In this document: in pieces, positions 13,105 to 26,739 of the stretch
Numbering within the stretch: position 1 is the stretch's first letter
Layout of the letters: the number at the start of each line of letters is the position of its first letter
DNA from: Hypanus sabinus
Taxonomy: Eukaryota
NCBI RefSeq assembly: GCF_030144855.1
Contig: NC_082714.1
Location: 135,036,001-135,100,000, forward strand
Reading direction: 5' to 3'
Length of the DNA stretch: 64,000 bases
The notes under the pieces: generated by a model
Databases searched by the model: none
What the model was told of the DNA's origin: nothing
The model's input: the letters and a program-made list of their open reading frames with translations, nothing else
Position numbers and translations under genes: made by a program

Positions 13105-13260
13105 CCTTGGCTTAATGTTTCATCCCAATGACAGCATCTCCAACAGTGCAGCACTGCAACAGCCTTGCACGGGAATGTCATATTAGACTAAGCGTTCAAA
13201 TCCTGGATTAGGGTTGAGTCGACAATATTTTGATTTGGCGGTTGTATGTTCAACGCTGAT
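13105..13260 (-). mobile_element. Degraded DeuSINE (AmnSINE1/SacSINE1-like) fragment
   Basis: cttaatgtttcatcccaatgacagcatctccaacagtgcagcactgc...gaatgtcatattagactaagcgttcaaatcc resembles the reverse complement of the recalled DeuSINE core (TTTAACGTCTCATCCGAAAGACGGCACCTCCAACAGTGCAGCACT...). Confidence 0.65.
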
Positions 13261-16200
13261 ATAACGTTTTCGAGACCATTAGTTCATGTAGATTACTAAA
13301 TAGGGGCACGTTGCGGTAAATCTTGGATTTATAAGACGATTAAGCAGGAATGGTGGGGGGGGGGGGAGACTGGATTTCTGAAATGAAATGACGACAATAA
13401 TCATGACCATGACTAGTTTTGATGGCCAGGTAAAACGTCGCAAGAGCAGAGCGCAATACTGACATTGTAACATATTCAGTCGTTCCATTTTCCAAGTCCA
13501 TCTTTTATGGAATCAGATTCACAGATTTTATATACACTTTTGTTTTCACAATAGATTCGAAAATGGACATCAGAAGAGTAGGATTAAAAACACAATTCTA
13601 AAAAATACAAACTTGTAAGATATTTATATTCAGATAAATATTCAAAATGATTGATCGTTCTGAAGCAGATCAATTAAATGCATTCCGGTGCATTTTAGCT
13701 CCACTGCTAACAGTGGCGTCAATCTTCCTCTGAATGAAAAAGACACCTTCAGTAACCCATAAGAGTTCAAGTTACGTTAATGGTGTTTAAGTTTCCGCCG
13801 TTAATATCCTGGAAATTGAGCCTGTATTTCTCAGTAATGGGTCACACTCGCCGATTTATAAAATGTCAATATACAGTATAAAGCTTACAGTGGGATAATT
13901 GATCCGGCGCCACACTTCGTCTCCATGGGTCATTTCGAACGTAATGATGAAGTTTTACGGTTAGCACGGTTTAAGCTCTGATTGTTCTCAAAAACTTTCA
14001 TTTATTTCGCAGTGCCTTTAATAACCCAACGTCCATGCGCAACTCGCAGGAATTTTTGGCCATCTCAAAAATAGTCCAGATACTTCAACAGGGTGAAATT
14101 TAAGAAAATCTAAAAAGAGAGTCGAAATACTTAGGGAGGGAATTTCAGAGCTGAAGGTCTTGCCAGCTGAAAATATGGAGGCCAATGGTGAAACGATGAA
14201 GAGCGCAGATACGTAGGAGACTAGAACTGAAGTAGGTCAAGGGCAAGCACCGGAGTAGATAAGGAAAACGTTCATTGAAGCCCAACCCATTATTTTGCAA
14301 TACCAAGGTAGCGGCAGTTAATTCGAAATTTACTTTTGAAAAGCACCGTCGAATTCTTATCAAAGTAGGAATGGATTATCCGTAACCCTTTATTAAGAAT
14401 ATCCCATCAACACCCAATGCCCTCCCTCCTGCAGTGTATGTTATGACAAGAGATTATTACAATCTTTCACGAAAAGCAAAGGGAGACATCCGGTCCTAAA
14501 TAGTCTGCCGTAATATGCGAGTTCCGCCGTTAGATTGACAGCGACATTTATATAAAATAAACTACTAGGTCTATTATTAGGTTTTAATGGAATTAAACAA
14601 ATCACAGTATTCTGAAATGCTTAAATGCTGGAAATACACAACAGGTCAGTCAGTGGTTGAAAAGAATAGAATAAAGATTAAGGGACGGAGCTGGTTCCCA
14701 ATTTAGATTAAAAGTTTTCATCCCAAACATTAACTTACTGTGATTGTTTTGGTTTTATAAATTACTTTAATGTACATTGTAACTTAGTGTATTTCCAATC
14801 TGTAAACCCTATTATTTGTCTAATTTCTATTCGAACTTTACTTTTTTTAAAAATTATTCGAAATAACGTTCGCCTTTTATATATAGGTTTGTTTATTTTG
14901 TTTAATCCTTCACATTAAATCTTTCTCGTCTTAAATAGAACTAAATTTGTAGCTTAGCTTCTATGAAAATAAAGAATTCATTTTATATCAAGTCCTAAGG
15001 GTAAAATCAGTTGATGAATAATACTGTTGATTTGGGTTTGATTGTATGTGTGCATACAGATGTGGCGTGTGGGCTAATGGTGGGCTGATAGTAAAACTTA
15101 TCAATGGATGAGGCCTCTGATAAACCTTGAGAAAAATTAAATAAGTAAGATGAAATTCAAGCTTAGCTTGCCGGTTAAAAATGTTTTTTTACTCCTCAAA
15201 CCACTGTTTACAACTGATACTCAAACCCTGCCAAGCCGATAGATAGAAAACCGTGAAAGCTCCTGTTTCCGGTAGTTCAAGGTGTTTTGAAAAACACTAG
15301 TACAGTGTTGGATAATGGTTGTCAAGTTTATATATAAAATATATATTATACTCTGGTGACACTCATAATGGACTGCGATGACGAATAGATAGGGATTTCG
15401 AACAATGCTCTCTCCCTTCAGAATTGACAGCTGAAAAACCCTATACTACGTGTTTGAGAGGGCACAGTTAGCTTTAAACAAACATTTTAAACAATTTTCT
15501 TCATTCATCTTTCGCTCAAATTTTACATTGATTTTAAAATATATTCAGTGTATGCCACAGGTTCAAGATTTCATAGGATAATAAGAATAATTGAGGAAAT
15601 TGATGGCTATGCAGAGTTGCTGCGATGACATATTATTGATACTTGTGTAGCCTGTTCCAGATTATGCTCATGTGGAGTCACAAAATATACCTTGCTTTTC
15701 AATTTTACATAGAGTTGTCTGAAATATTGTTCAAAATCTAGTACAGCCACCATCAAATTATCAATTATCAGCTTGCACTGTAACAATTTCCTAACTGGAT
15801 CTAAAGACTGGTTAAAATAAAATAATGTTACATGGAATCTCTCTGACATCCAACATCCACAGATTATAAACAAAATATACGCCCGAACACGGACATAACA
15901 CTTTCCAGAACTTGACAATAACTTCCATTTACTTCCCATATTACATCTTTGCGTCTTTGTTGCCTACATCAATATACTGTATATCAGTCTACTTCTAAAG
16001 GTCGGAATGCTGCGGTATCGCGACCAAAACACTTCCGTTGGGTTCTCGCAATATTCTGACCATAAAGCGATTTGATATTGCTCCACATTTAAACTCAGCA
16101 CGTTGGGGGTCACGCTGTGAAATCGGACAAGGAGTGCAATGAGATTCTTGCCTTATTTTTTGATTAAAATGTGTCGTTTCTCTATTTTAAGGCTATCAAA

Positions 16201-18699
16201 CCTTAAAGAATCCTGCTGTTAAATCCTCTGACTGATCTAGTCTGTACCATGTGACTGCGCACAGCGGAATGACAGAAATGTCGAATTTCTACATCCTTCC
16301 TGCTGTTTACTGTTGCCGCAGTTTTATTATTGCTTTCTGCCTGTTTTAGCTTTAAAAGTCTGGAATTATCTTTTAACTTCCTTACCGCCTTCTATTCATC
16401 ATTCAGGTAATATTTTATACTTCTATTTATTTCTCTATTTTCACGAATCTTCGAATTAATGACAGCTCATTTTGTCAATCCAATCGTGGTTTCGAATGCA
16501 ATAAACCCCTCCGCCCCCGCCCTAATACTTCTCAAAGCAATACATTAGATATATGGACCCAGTTCCATAGACAGATAATTAATTTATCGTTATTTTATAT
16601 AGAAATCGCTTTTAACTCTGTTCTGAGCAGAAAGTACATTTGGACAGGAAGTGATAGTAGTAAAACCATTGGGGTGATGGGGGCGGAACAAAATGGAGAA
16701 GTTTTTTTTGGTACCAACGCTGCAGCAATTAGCTCAGATTCATGATGTTTACTTAATAGCTTCCTACATCACTCTGCAGAGTACTCAACCCACACTGCCG
16801 AGTTAGCTAAAATGTGTGATCGACCATTCTCTTTCTTAGAATTTCGTGGACCTTATAAAACGGAAATGCACCATTGGGTGCATCCAGTCCGTCTTGGCGT
16901 TTATCGGACTGCAGAGCTTTCACATGTTAGGCACGTGCCCTTATTAGTCGAGTCCTCATACTTCTTTGTACCATTCGGTTTAATTTTTAAATAATGATGA
17001 AATTTACTTATGTATATTTTATTGGATATTTTCAGGTAGTCCCTATCATAGCCCATGCCTTCATTACAGTTTCTCTTCCACAGAAACTGTTACAATTCAA
17101 GTGTTTATTCATAATATATTCTAAAGTGTGGGATTTTAAAAACTGCATTCAACCTTAAATATTATACTGGAATACCTTGCATTCTATGATATTGCACAGT
17201 ATCCTATTTTATTTAGTGCTCTGAGGTTTGATTCTAAAATCCTTTGCACCAAACTGTGAAATTCCATACATGAAGCCACAAATCCCATTATATTGCTAGT
17301 TTCACTTTCAGTGCCTTATCTATCTGGAGAACAGGTTTTCAAAGCATCTTGCAAGTGTAACTCTTTGAATTGCACCATTTTTTCCACCATCGAAATTTCT
17401 CTTTCAAAATATTACTGCATTTAACCAAAAGATCCCATTTCACCTGCTGATATTTAACTCTACTTTTTAACCTTTCCGCAGTACAGTCATTAGTACTGAT
17501 TCATTTGGCCATTGGAATTATTATTATTATACATTCTATCTTAGTATCCCCTGCTAATAAGAAACTTCTTTAACCCCATGCCTTCCTCAGACTGGTACTG
17601 ACACTCAATTCCATGAAGTCATTACATATACTTTCCCATTTCTCATCTTTCTCTAGCCATTAGTAACCTCAATTACTTCAACTGATTTTCACACAGGCCT
17701 TACTATTTTTTTTGTTTGGAGCTTCATTCAAAATGTTTCTGGTTGTTCATGAATACACCATACACTGAAATTCATCCATCTGTTTTCTGACTACAAGACT
17801 TAAGTTCGGTAAGCATGGCCTTTATCTCTGATAAAAGTTTATTTATATAATATCTGCATCTGTATGTAAAACTTTATATTTTGCATTTATTTCCTTTTAT
17901 GCTACATATGGGAAGTCTGGGGATAGGATTTTTAAAGAAAGTATAATTAGAATGTTATACAAATGAGGGAAGTGTGTAAGTTGACATGTTTCAATTAAAA
18001 AAGTACTTATACATGGCTAAGCAATAGTGCATGTAGAGTCTATTGTGGATTCATTTATCTTCAACATATAAGTTAAATGCTATTTGTTGCTGTATAAAAC
18101 CAGTAGGAAACAACTCATTTTCCAGCTCTCTCTAAATCATTATATTTCTGATAAAGTCTTAAAATATGTGCGTGGAAAGACAGTTGTGTTTTAAAATGCA
18201 AATTACTAAAAGATCTAAAGTTTAAAACTAATGTCTTGCAATGTAGATGTGTTTCCATTTAGAAATGAAGATTCTTATTGGCAACATTAGCAGATGAATA
18301 GAATATTTGCTCAACCAAAATCTGTATAAAAGAATGAAATTAACTACAGCACACCATGTTCTAACATCATCATCCTTGATCAAAATAGTGATATGGTCTC
18401 AAAGTAGTGTGGATTAAGTGAAGGATATAGGTAGGAAATCTTGTAGATATTGATTGATAGCATAGCTTGTTGATGTTATATTGCAATGTGTGCGGAATTC
18501 TGACTGAATGAGACCAACTCCTAGACAGAATCGCTCACATCTTAGTTTAGTAGTTTTTGAAGGCAGGGAAACAATCATATTATGGACTTATATTAGATCT
18601 TTCACTTTACCAGCATCTTTCTCAGTACAGCTGCATTATTCCATAGGATTACATAAAGGTGTTACATGGAAAGGGAATATATTGAATTACATGACTTCT

Positions 18700-19830
18700 T
18701 CAGATTTAATTTTTTAGCAAATGTTTGATGATTTAATGAAGAGTGTTGATAAATGGTATGCAGAACATGTCATCTATATGGACTTTCAGAAGGTACTTAA
18801 TTACTATCCCATACAAACCCCCAGCCAGCAGAATTGATTTACAGGGTCACGTATGGATAGATCTATTTAAAAAGGCAGAAGGCAGAGAGTAATAGTAAAT
18901 GCTTCTTTTTCAGATTGGAAGATGGTAGGGAGTGGTGTTCCTGTCTAGTGAATACTGGGCTCATTGTCTTTTGATATATGTTAATAACATGGGTGTGTAA
19001 ATGTTAGTGACTTTTCTAAATCTGCAGTGGCACAAATTTAGGAAGACATGTATAGACTGTCTCAAGGGGCTGACAAATGACAAAGATGAAAGTTATCATA
19101 GTATTTATAAATTGTAATGTATTTATATTAAAGTAATTAAAATCAAAGTAATTAAAGTAATTATAAAGTATTTATAAATTGAGAGACAGAACAAAGTCAA
19201 AGTCAAGGTTATTGTCATATGTACATGTATTACATGTATGCACAGGTGCAATTAAATACTTGATTTGCAGCAGCATCACAAGGATAAAGCATCATGTAAG
19301 CAGCATTCGTAAGAAAAAGATAAATACTTTTTATAAAGAAGCACAATTGGAATGAATAAAGCAGCCTATTTTAATACAACGTGGTCAAATTGTTAAACTC
19401 TAGTCATTAAGGTCAAGGAGACAAAATAGGATTTAAGATATTCCTTAGGATATGTAGAAATGGAGAGTCTTATGGAAAATCCTTGAAGGTGGCTATCATG
19501 ATGTGGAAAGATTAATAAAGCATATATTATTCTGGGAATTATTAATAGAACCATATAATACAACAGCAAGGAAGTTACAGTGAATGCACACAACCACTAA
19601 CTTGTACTCATCAAAATGTAGGAAATACTTCAGGTTATGATCTGAAATTCATGACCTCTAAAACTAGTGAAAACATAATCAAGTGCTTCAATGAGGAACT
19701 GTGTAGGTCATTTAGACAGAATGCTTAGCAAGGCTAAAGGGAGAGAGCCCAGAGGAATGGGGTTATAAGGATTCTTTTAATAGCATTCTGCAAAGATACA
19801 ATGGACAGAATGGTCATTCCCCCACTGCCA
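18700..19830 (+). mobile_element. Highly degraded CR1 LINE fragments, interrupted by an opposite-strand LINE tail at ~19195-19330
   Basis: tctatatggactttcagaaggtactt (IYMDFQKA-like), gtaggagtggtgttcc (SGVP), and CR1 3' region motifs. Confidence 0.6.
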
Positions 19831-22286
19831 CAATTTAAAAACTGCAAAGTTACCTGCTGAATTTTGAAATAATTAGTAAATGTGACTGGTTTTTATCAGT
19901 AATTGTATATATTATATTTACATTTTTCCAGTAAATACTTTCAGTTTCTTTATGTTTTAAAATAATAAAATAGAACTACCTTTACTTGGTAATCTTCTTT
20001 ACACTAACTTTCTCCTCTGGTCTCCTAAAGGTAGTGGTACATGCTGGTCACAATGTCTCTTCCTGAAATATGGTTCTACAGGCTTCTGTATCTCTTTGAT
20101 GTGAACATTCTTCTTATACAAGTCTGGATTGTGAATAGAGACAGACTAATAGATAATATAAGGTATCAAACAATTCCTTCATCCAACAGCTTTCATAAGA
20201 TTACTTGAAGGTCACTAATTTGCTTCTTAGATTATGATTGATTTTTTTTGTCTTTTGTCTCTTCCCATTTCCAAGATAAGTCAGACCGACTTCCAACCAC
20301 AAGTAAAATTGCAGTGGCTATTTCAGCACACTTGGGGATTCAATTTGAACCTGGCCTGCATAAGTTCAGCAGTACATTAGAAACACTGAGGGACAGCAAA
20401 AGCCTAATTGGCATTGGGACTCCCTCCAAAGACACTTATTAAATCACAAAGGAATACAGTGAGTCAGTCAACCCATATTTACCTAATTAACTTTACCTAA
20501 TTATTTACTACATTAACTTTTAATGCATGGAATAAACAGAATATAACATGAAGACCTTGGGGAAATTATTTATTTCACATGACTGATGCTTATCATCAAT
20601 CAGAGTGAATGAAACCATTGTCGGTTATCAAGTCAGGACACACTACAACCAGCTTCTCACTTGTCACACTGCCTGTTAAATGCAATTGTGACTTTAGGCC
20701 TAGCCCAAAAAAGATGAATGTTTTGAGTTAACACTGTTGGAACAGAGTTTTATGCAATGTTGGAATAGATTAGAAATTCAGCATTAATTGACAGCAAATC
20801 ATCCAGTCTGCGAAAAGAGCATGCTGTCTTTATCCCCTAAGCCCCATTATATACCTGAATCTTACAAGGACCTTACACTAGGGATACTAAATGCAAAATC
20901 AAACCCAATGGGTACTCGTAGGCTGAGATTTTTTTTAAATGAATACTCAAGTTTATTATTCATATAATGAATCAGGAAAATCAGAACTTAACTATTAGAA
21001 GCTTGATAATTTAATCTTTTTTTCTAAAATGTGTTTAAGTAATATCATGCCTGCTCACTAGAGAAGTTTTGAGTCACATATCACAAATTTTATAGTTTAT
21101 TTTGGGCTGTTTTCTACTTTTTAACATATTTGCTGATACTTCTGTAAATGCAAGGATCATATTTTGTATTAGGAGACACTATATTTACAAGAATAATCTT
21201 CTGATATTTAAAAGTGAAGTATAGAGCCTATTAAAATAAATACATATTTTGTCCATAATATTTGCACATTAAATTGATACAGCTTTTAAATTTTGCTCAT
21301 TTTTCAACTTTTACAAAGCAATGTCCCTCTGCCTAAGATGTCAATACCTTATCCAGCTCATAATTTTCTGTTCTTGGGGTTAGCTATAAGAGATGTGAAG
21401 AAATCACTTACTGGTTAGTAATTTTTTGTTGGAAAGTTCAGTGGAGACTCATGATGTAAAATGGAGGTCACCACCAAAGTTTTAAAAAAAGTAGTGAGTG
21501 AAGTCAAAAACAAAATCAAATCATCATCATATTGATTTAAAAAAGAACTTAGTGGCAGGTAATAACAAAGAAAGTTTGATTTTTGATGGAAAGGTTTAAT
21601 TAGAATAGCATTTAAACCTAGATTTTGGATAATTAAGTATTAATCAATACAGATTCCAAAAAGTCAGTAAAGCCACATGAAAACAAGGAAATAATACCAA
21701 AGAAAATAAAGAAACACAGAAGTACAAAAGGCAAAAATAAGTCAAACCTTTAGAACTAATTTAGAAATTCAGTATATTAATATTGCAGTAATAACTACCT
21801 TATACCTTTATGTCAATACAAAACACACTGTTTAAAAATAACAGCCTTGGGAACACATATGCTCAAGATGCCTACGCTCTAAGATTCAGATTTACAGAAC
21901 AACATTTCAAAGCAAAAAGCTTAAATATCATTAAAGAATTTCATCTTTATCCTATTTGTTCCAAGATATACATAACTTGTTTTCCTCATCTCAACCTTTC
22001 ATGTAAATTCTTTCCTAAACCAAGCTAAGGCTATGAAATTATTTCCAATGTGTGGTACCTTGAACTGAACATAAAGTTAAGGATGGACTTTATCAAAGGG
22101 TTAGCAGGACATCATTACTTACGTGCTCTTTGCCCCTATTAATAAAACCAAAGATCCATTTTAATCACCCCACCTTGTCCTGCTTATTATTCATGCTTTC
22201 TACCCATAAATTTTATCTAGCATTTCTCCAGCGTTTTCATGTCCTCTAGGTAGGCAGGTAACCTCTCTATGGCTTCCTATATATAT

Positions 22287-23412
22287 TTTTTAAACAAAAT
22301 ATGCTTTGTTCAAAAATAAAATTATGTACAATAAACCATTCAATGACACTCAATCCTTTACAAATGTTTCCATTAGTCTTTACATTTCCATACTTTTTGC
22401 CACCCACGTGGCACTCTGTTATTCCATATTTACATACCCTTCTGAGGGATATAAACCCCGCTCCCTACCCCTCAACTCCCACAGGAGAAGAACCCTAGAC
22501 TGTGGTCCTTCCCCACCGGGCCTTTGCAGTGGCTGCACCAAGTTTCAGTGTGTCCCCCAGCATGTACTCCTGCAGCTGAGAATGTACCAGTCGGCAGCAT
22601 TCTCCCACGGACATCTCAGTGTGCTGGTAGACCATCAAGTTTCGGGCCGACCAAAGAGTGTCTTTCACCAAGTTGATGATCTGCCAGCAGCACCGGATGT
22701 TGGTCTCCATGTGCGTCCCCGGGAACAGCCCGTAGATCAGAGTTCTCTGTTACGCAGTTGCTGGGGATGAACCTCGACACTGTCCCTTTCATCCTCTTCC
22801 ATGAACCCACCATGTGCAAAGAGGTGGGTCACCGACTCCTCCTCACTGCAGTCCTCCCGTGGACAGTGGGATGTGGAGATGACGTTCTGGGCATACAGGA
22901 GGGATCGGACTGGGAGGGCCCCTCTCACCGCCAGCCAGGCAAGGTCTTGGTGCCTGTTGGTGAGGTCTGGCGATGAGGCATTTTGCCAGATGAACTGGAC
23001 TGTCTGCTCAGGGAACCACCCCACTGTGTCCATCACATCCTTCTCCTGCAGTGCCTGCAGGACCTTATGTGCTGACCACTGCCTGATGGCCCTGTGGTCA
23101 AAGGCGTTGACCTGAAAGAACTTCTCTACAAAGGACAGGTATGGCGGCAACGACCAGCTGACAGGGGTGTTGTGCAGGAAAGGGGCCAGACCCTTCCTTC
23201 GTAGCCAGGGCAACAGGTAGAACCTGGGCACATAGTGGTACTTGGTGCCCACATACCTGGGATCCACACACAACCTGATGCAGCCACACACGAAGCTGGC
23301 CATCCAGGTGAGGGCGACATTGGGAACGTTTTTGCCCCTGTTGTCCAGGGACTTGTGCATGGTGGCCCGTCTGACCTGCTCCATCTTGGATCCCCAGACG
23401 AATCTGAAGATT
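22287..23412 (-). mobile_element. 5'-truncated Tx1-clade (L1-like) non-LTR retrotransposon, ORF2 C-terminus with frameshifts
   Basis: ORFs 22737..23438, 22616..22819 and 22495..22710 give IFRFVWGSKMEQVRR...HQDLAWLAVRGALPVR...CPREDCSEEESVTHLF (zf-RVT)...CWQIINLVKDTLWSARN. The block is GC-rich and has an A-rich 3' tail near 22287. Confidence 0.88.
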
Positions 23413-25574
23413 TCTGTTCTTAATCTTGCTACAGACATCCCCTTTAGTTCTTTCCTGAACCACTTCCTATTCTCAACTCATTGTATATCTGAGCACTGTT
23501 AACCGCTTATGAGTTCCACTTTGGTTTAAGATAACTGGCCTACAAGTTAAGTCTGTTTCTCTCTCCACAGATCCTACAGGACATACTGAATATTTTAAGA
23601 AGATTTAGTTTCTAACCTCAGTTTTAAACCCAGCACTCGCCTTAGGTTGGTACCTCATTTTCATTTTGTATAGTGTTGTGTTTTACTAGTGAGAAGAGTG
23701 GATCAAATGAATGGTTGTCTTCAGATTCGTTCTACAAGCAATTGTGTCTGATTCACCATCAAATACAAAGAGAATATTCCGCCCTTTTATGAGAATATAA
23801 ACACACTGGCCTAGTACACTATGAAAATTAATTTAGGAAGCTGCAAAAATACTGGAGTACATATAAAACTAGAGACAATAGGAACATTAATGGTTAACTG
23901 CTGTACAATCAGAGAGTTGTTTCTTAAATCGTCAATCTATGATCTGAATGCTAATTCCCACCAATCCTCACTATCAAAAGCAGCAGTAAACCTAGATCAA
24001 AGTTTGTCAAGATCTTTTTCAAGGAGCATCACCGGCTTGGCTCTTAATATTTACTTTGAAAAAAGAAAACATGAATGGGCAGGTATCAGCACAGACTAAT
24101 TTAAGTAATGATGTCAGGCCGCTTTAATGAATGTACCAATACTGGCTTGAAAAAAATATCAAGTGCTTTAAACTACTTCAAGCAAAGGCAAGGGGACATG
24201 GAAAATCTAAGCACAGTTTAATCACTAGAAACACAATGTTGGAATATGGAGTTACAAAGAAGCTGCTGAAGGAAAGTAGCAAGTTGAGCAGCATCTCTGT
24301 TTGGAAATGAATTGTCAATATTTCGTTACCAGGACTGAGACTGGAGAGGGGAGATGGCCAATATAAAGACAAAAACTGAAGCAATGATCGGGAGTCTAAT
24401 GTGATTAGTGGAACGTGCAGAGATGAATACTGGCAAGTTGCACTTGGTAGGGGAGTGGGAAGAGGCGATGGGTTTGAGATACAGTGGCAGTGGCTGAGAA
24501 GTTGGTTGCAACAGCAACTACACTGGAATTTAGCTCTTAGAACTTTGAAGTTGCACCAAGTTGGCCAAGCAGATTCAAGGATTTCCCTTTGAAGTGTGAG
24601 AAATTGAGATGTTCTCTGATTTCTTGCCATTATAGCACTCTAGCTTCATCTATGGAATCCAGGAGAGCTGGTGCTCTGTCCAAGTGTTGGGCATCAAAAT
24701 CTGCCAACACTGTTTTTCTCTCCTGGGATCAGCATGACATGTGTTGTCTAACCATGTGGTAGCTTACTGCAGCTCAGAGTTGGAAAATGTCAAGTAAAGC
24801 AGCTAATGAAATTCTCGGATTGTTTCCTCAATGTATTTATGAATGTGGGTTTTTAAATCGTTGGGAGGCTTCATCTTAATTCTGTGGTTAAAATTATAAT
24901 CATTTCTGGCAGCTTCACATTGATGACAGTACTAAAATTACCAATGTAAATAGCCAACTGTAATGAAGAAACAACAGTGGTCTTCTCAAAATACTTTTTT
25001 AGCTCCCATACCTAGATGGATACAGACAGGACTATTTTTGGCAAGCTCATCAATGGAAACAGGGGATCCTTACCATTCATTGGTTGGGTTTGGAATAAAC
25101 CTACTTAAAAACATTAATCTTCTGTGTACTAAGATCTTTTGATAGAAGTTCACACTTTGATCCAGACAGGCCCCTAACATTAAGTTGATAGATGCAATGC
25201 TGGCCCATTGTTTTACATGATTTTTTTTTGCTGATTCTTTGCTTTCCAGACTGGGTAGCTGTTTATGGACATTTATTCATATTATATTAAATAATAACTT
25301 CTCAATTAATTGATGCACGGGGAAAACATATATATAGCCTACCGTTAGCTATTCACCTCAGCACTGAAATTATGCTTAATGTAGTCTGTATTGGATACTA
25401 GGACCTTATCTCTTTCTCTATTTGAAATTAGGGTTAATCCTTAAAGTGTAATCTATCCTAGAACAGTATATTATATCTGCCCTTTCTGGCATGCTAACAT
25501 TCAACATCTCATGAATAAATCAAATAACTCAACCTTGTCTTGCATCATTACATAAATAATAAAACACAACATAT

Positions 25575-26480
25575 TCAGATCATATGACATAGGAGCACAA
25601 GTAGGACATTTAGCAATTTAATCATGGTTTATTTGTTTTCCCTCTCAATTCCATCTTCCTGCCTGCTCCCCATAATTCTGTCTTAATTCTGTGGTAAAAT
25701 TGACTATTTTATAATAATTTTTGGCAGCTTCACATTGATGACAGTACTAAAATTAGGATGTGGACACCATAGTAAGGGTGCAGAGGAGGTTTACAAGGAT
25801 GTTGCCTGGATTGGGGAGCATGTCTTATGAGAATAGGTTGAGTGAACTCGTCCTTTTCTCCTTGGAGTGACGGAGGATGAGAGATGACCTGATAGAGGTG
25901 TACAAGATGATGAGAGGCATTGATTGTGTGGATAGTCATAGGCTTTTTCCCAGGGCTGAAATGGCTGCCACAAGAGGGCACAGGTTTAAGGTGCTTGGGA
26001 GTAGGTACATAAGAGATGTCAGGGGTAAGTTTTTTTATGCAGAGAGTGGTGAGTGCGTGGAATGGGCTGCCAGCAACAATGGTGGAAGTGGATACGATAG
26101 AGTCTTTTAAGAGACTTTTGGATAGGGACATGGAGCTTAGAAAAATAGAGGGCTATTTCTAAGGTAAGGGACATGTTTGGCACAACTTTGTGGGCCGAAG
26201 TGCCTGTATTATGCTGTGGGTTTTCTATATTTCTGTAATATTCTTAACCCTTACTAATCAAGAACCTTTCAACCTCTGCTGTGAAGATACACAATTACCT
26301 TTCTTCCACAGCCTTCTGTAGCAATGAATTCCACAGATTTACCATCCACTGGCTAAAGAAATTCATCTCTGTTTTAAATGGATGTCCTTTTATTCTGAGA
26401 CTGTGCCCTCTGGTCCTAGACTCTCCCTACTGAAACATCCTCTCTGCTTCCACTCTAATCAGGACTTTCAGTATCAACAA
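25575..26480 (-). mobile_element. Older CR1 3' end, split by a nested insertion (pieces ~25575-25680 and ~26240-26480)
   Basis: catatgacataggagc...ctccccataa resumes as cccttactaatcaagaacct...gaattccacagattt after the insert. Confidence 0.7.
25756..26235 (+). mobile_element. CR1 LINE 3' fragment nested in the older CR1
   Basis: ORF MRDDLIEVYKMMRGID...TRGHRFKV, preceded by RVQRRFTRMLPG, with a ttctatatttct tail. Confidence 0.9.
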
Positions 26481-26739
26481 TTCAGTAGACAACAATTTTA
26501 TTTTCTAAATGGTTGCTTCCTCAGAATTTTTGTTTGTTTGTTTATGATAACCTACTTGAAGCTGAACACAAATGTAAGATCAGACTACTTGTATCAGGTA
26601 GGAATCTGGAGATACATTAAATTAACCTTTATTGAATGTAATGCATTAAATTGCATAAATGTGCTGATGCTTTGTGATAGTTCAACTAAGCTAAAAATGT
26701 TGATAATTTTCATTTGTACTCAGTGTCTGAGGCTTCTGT

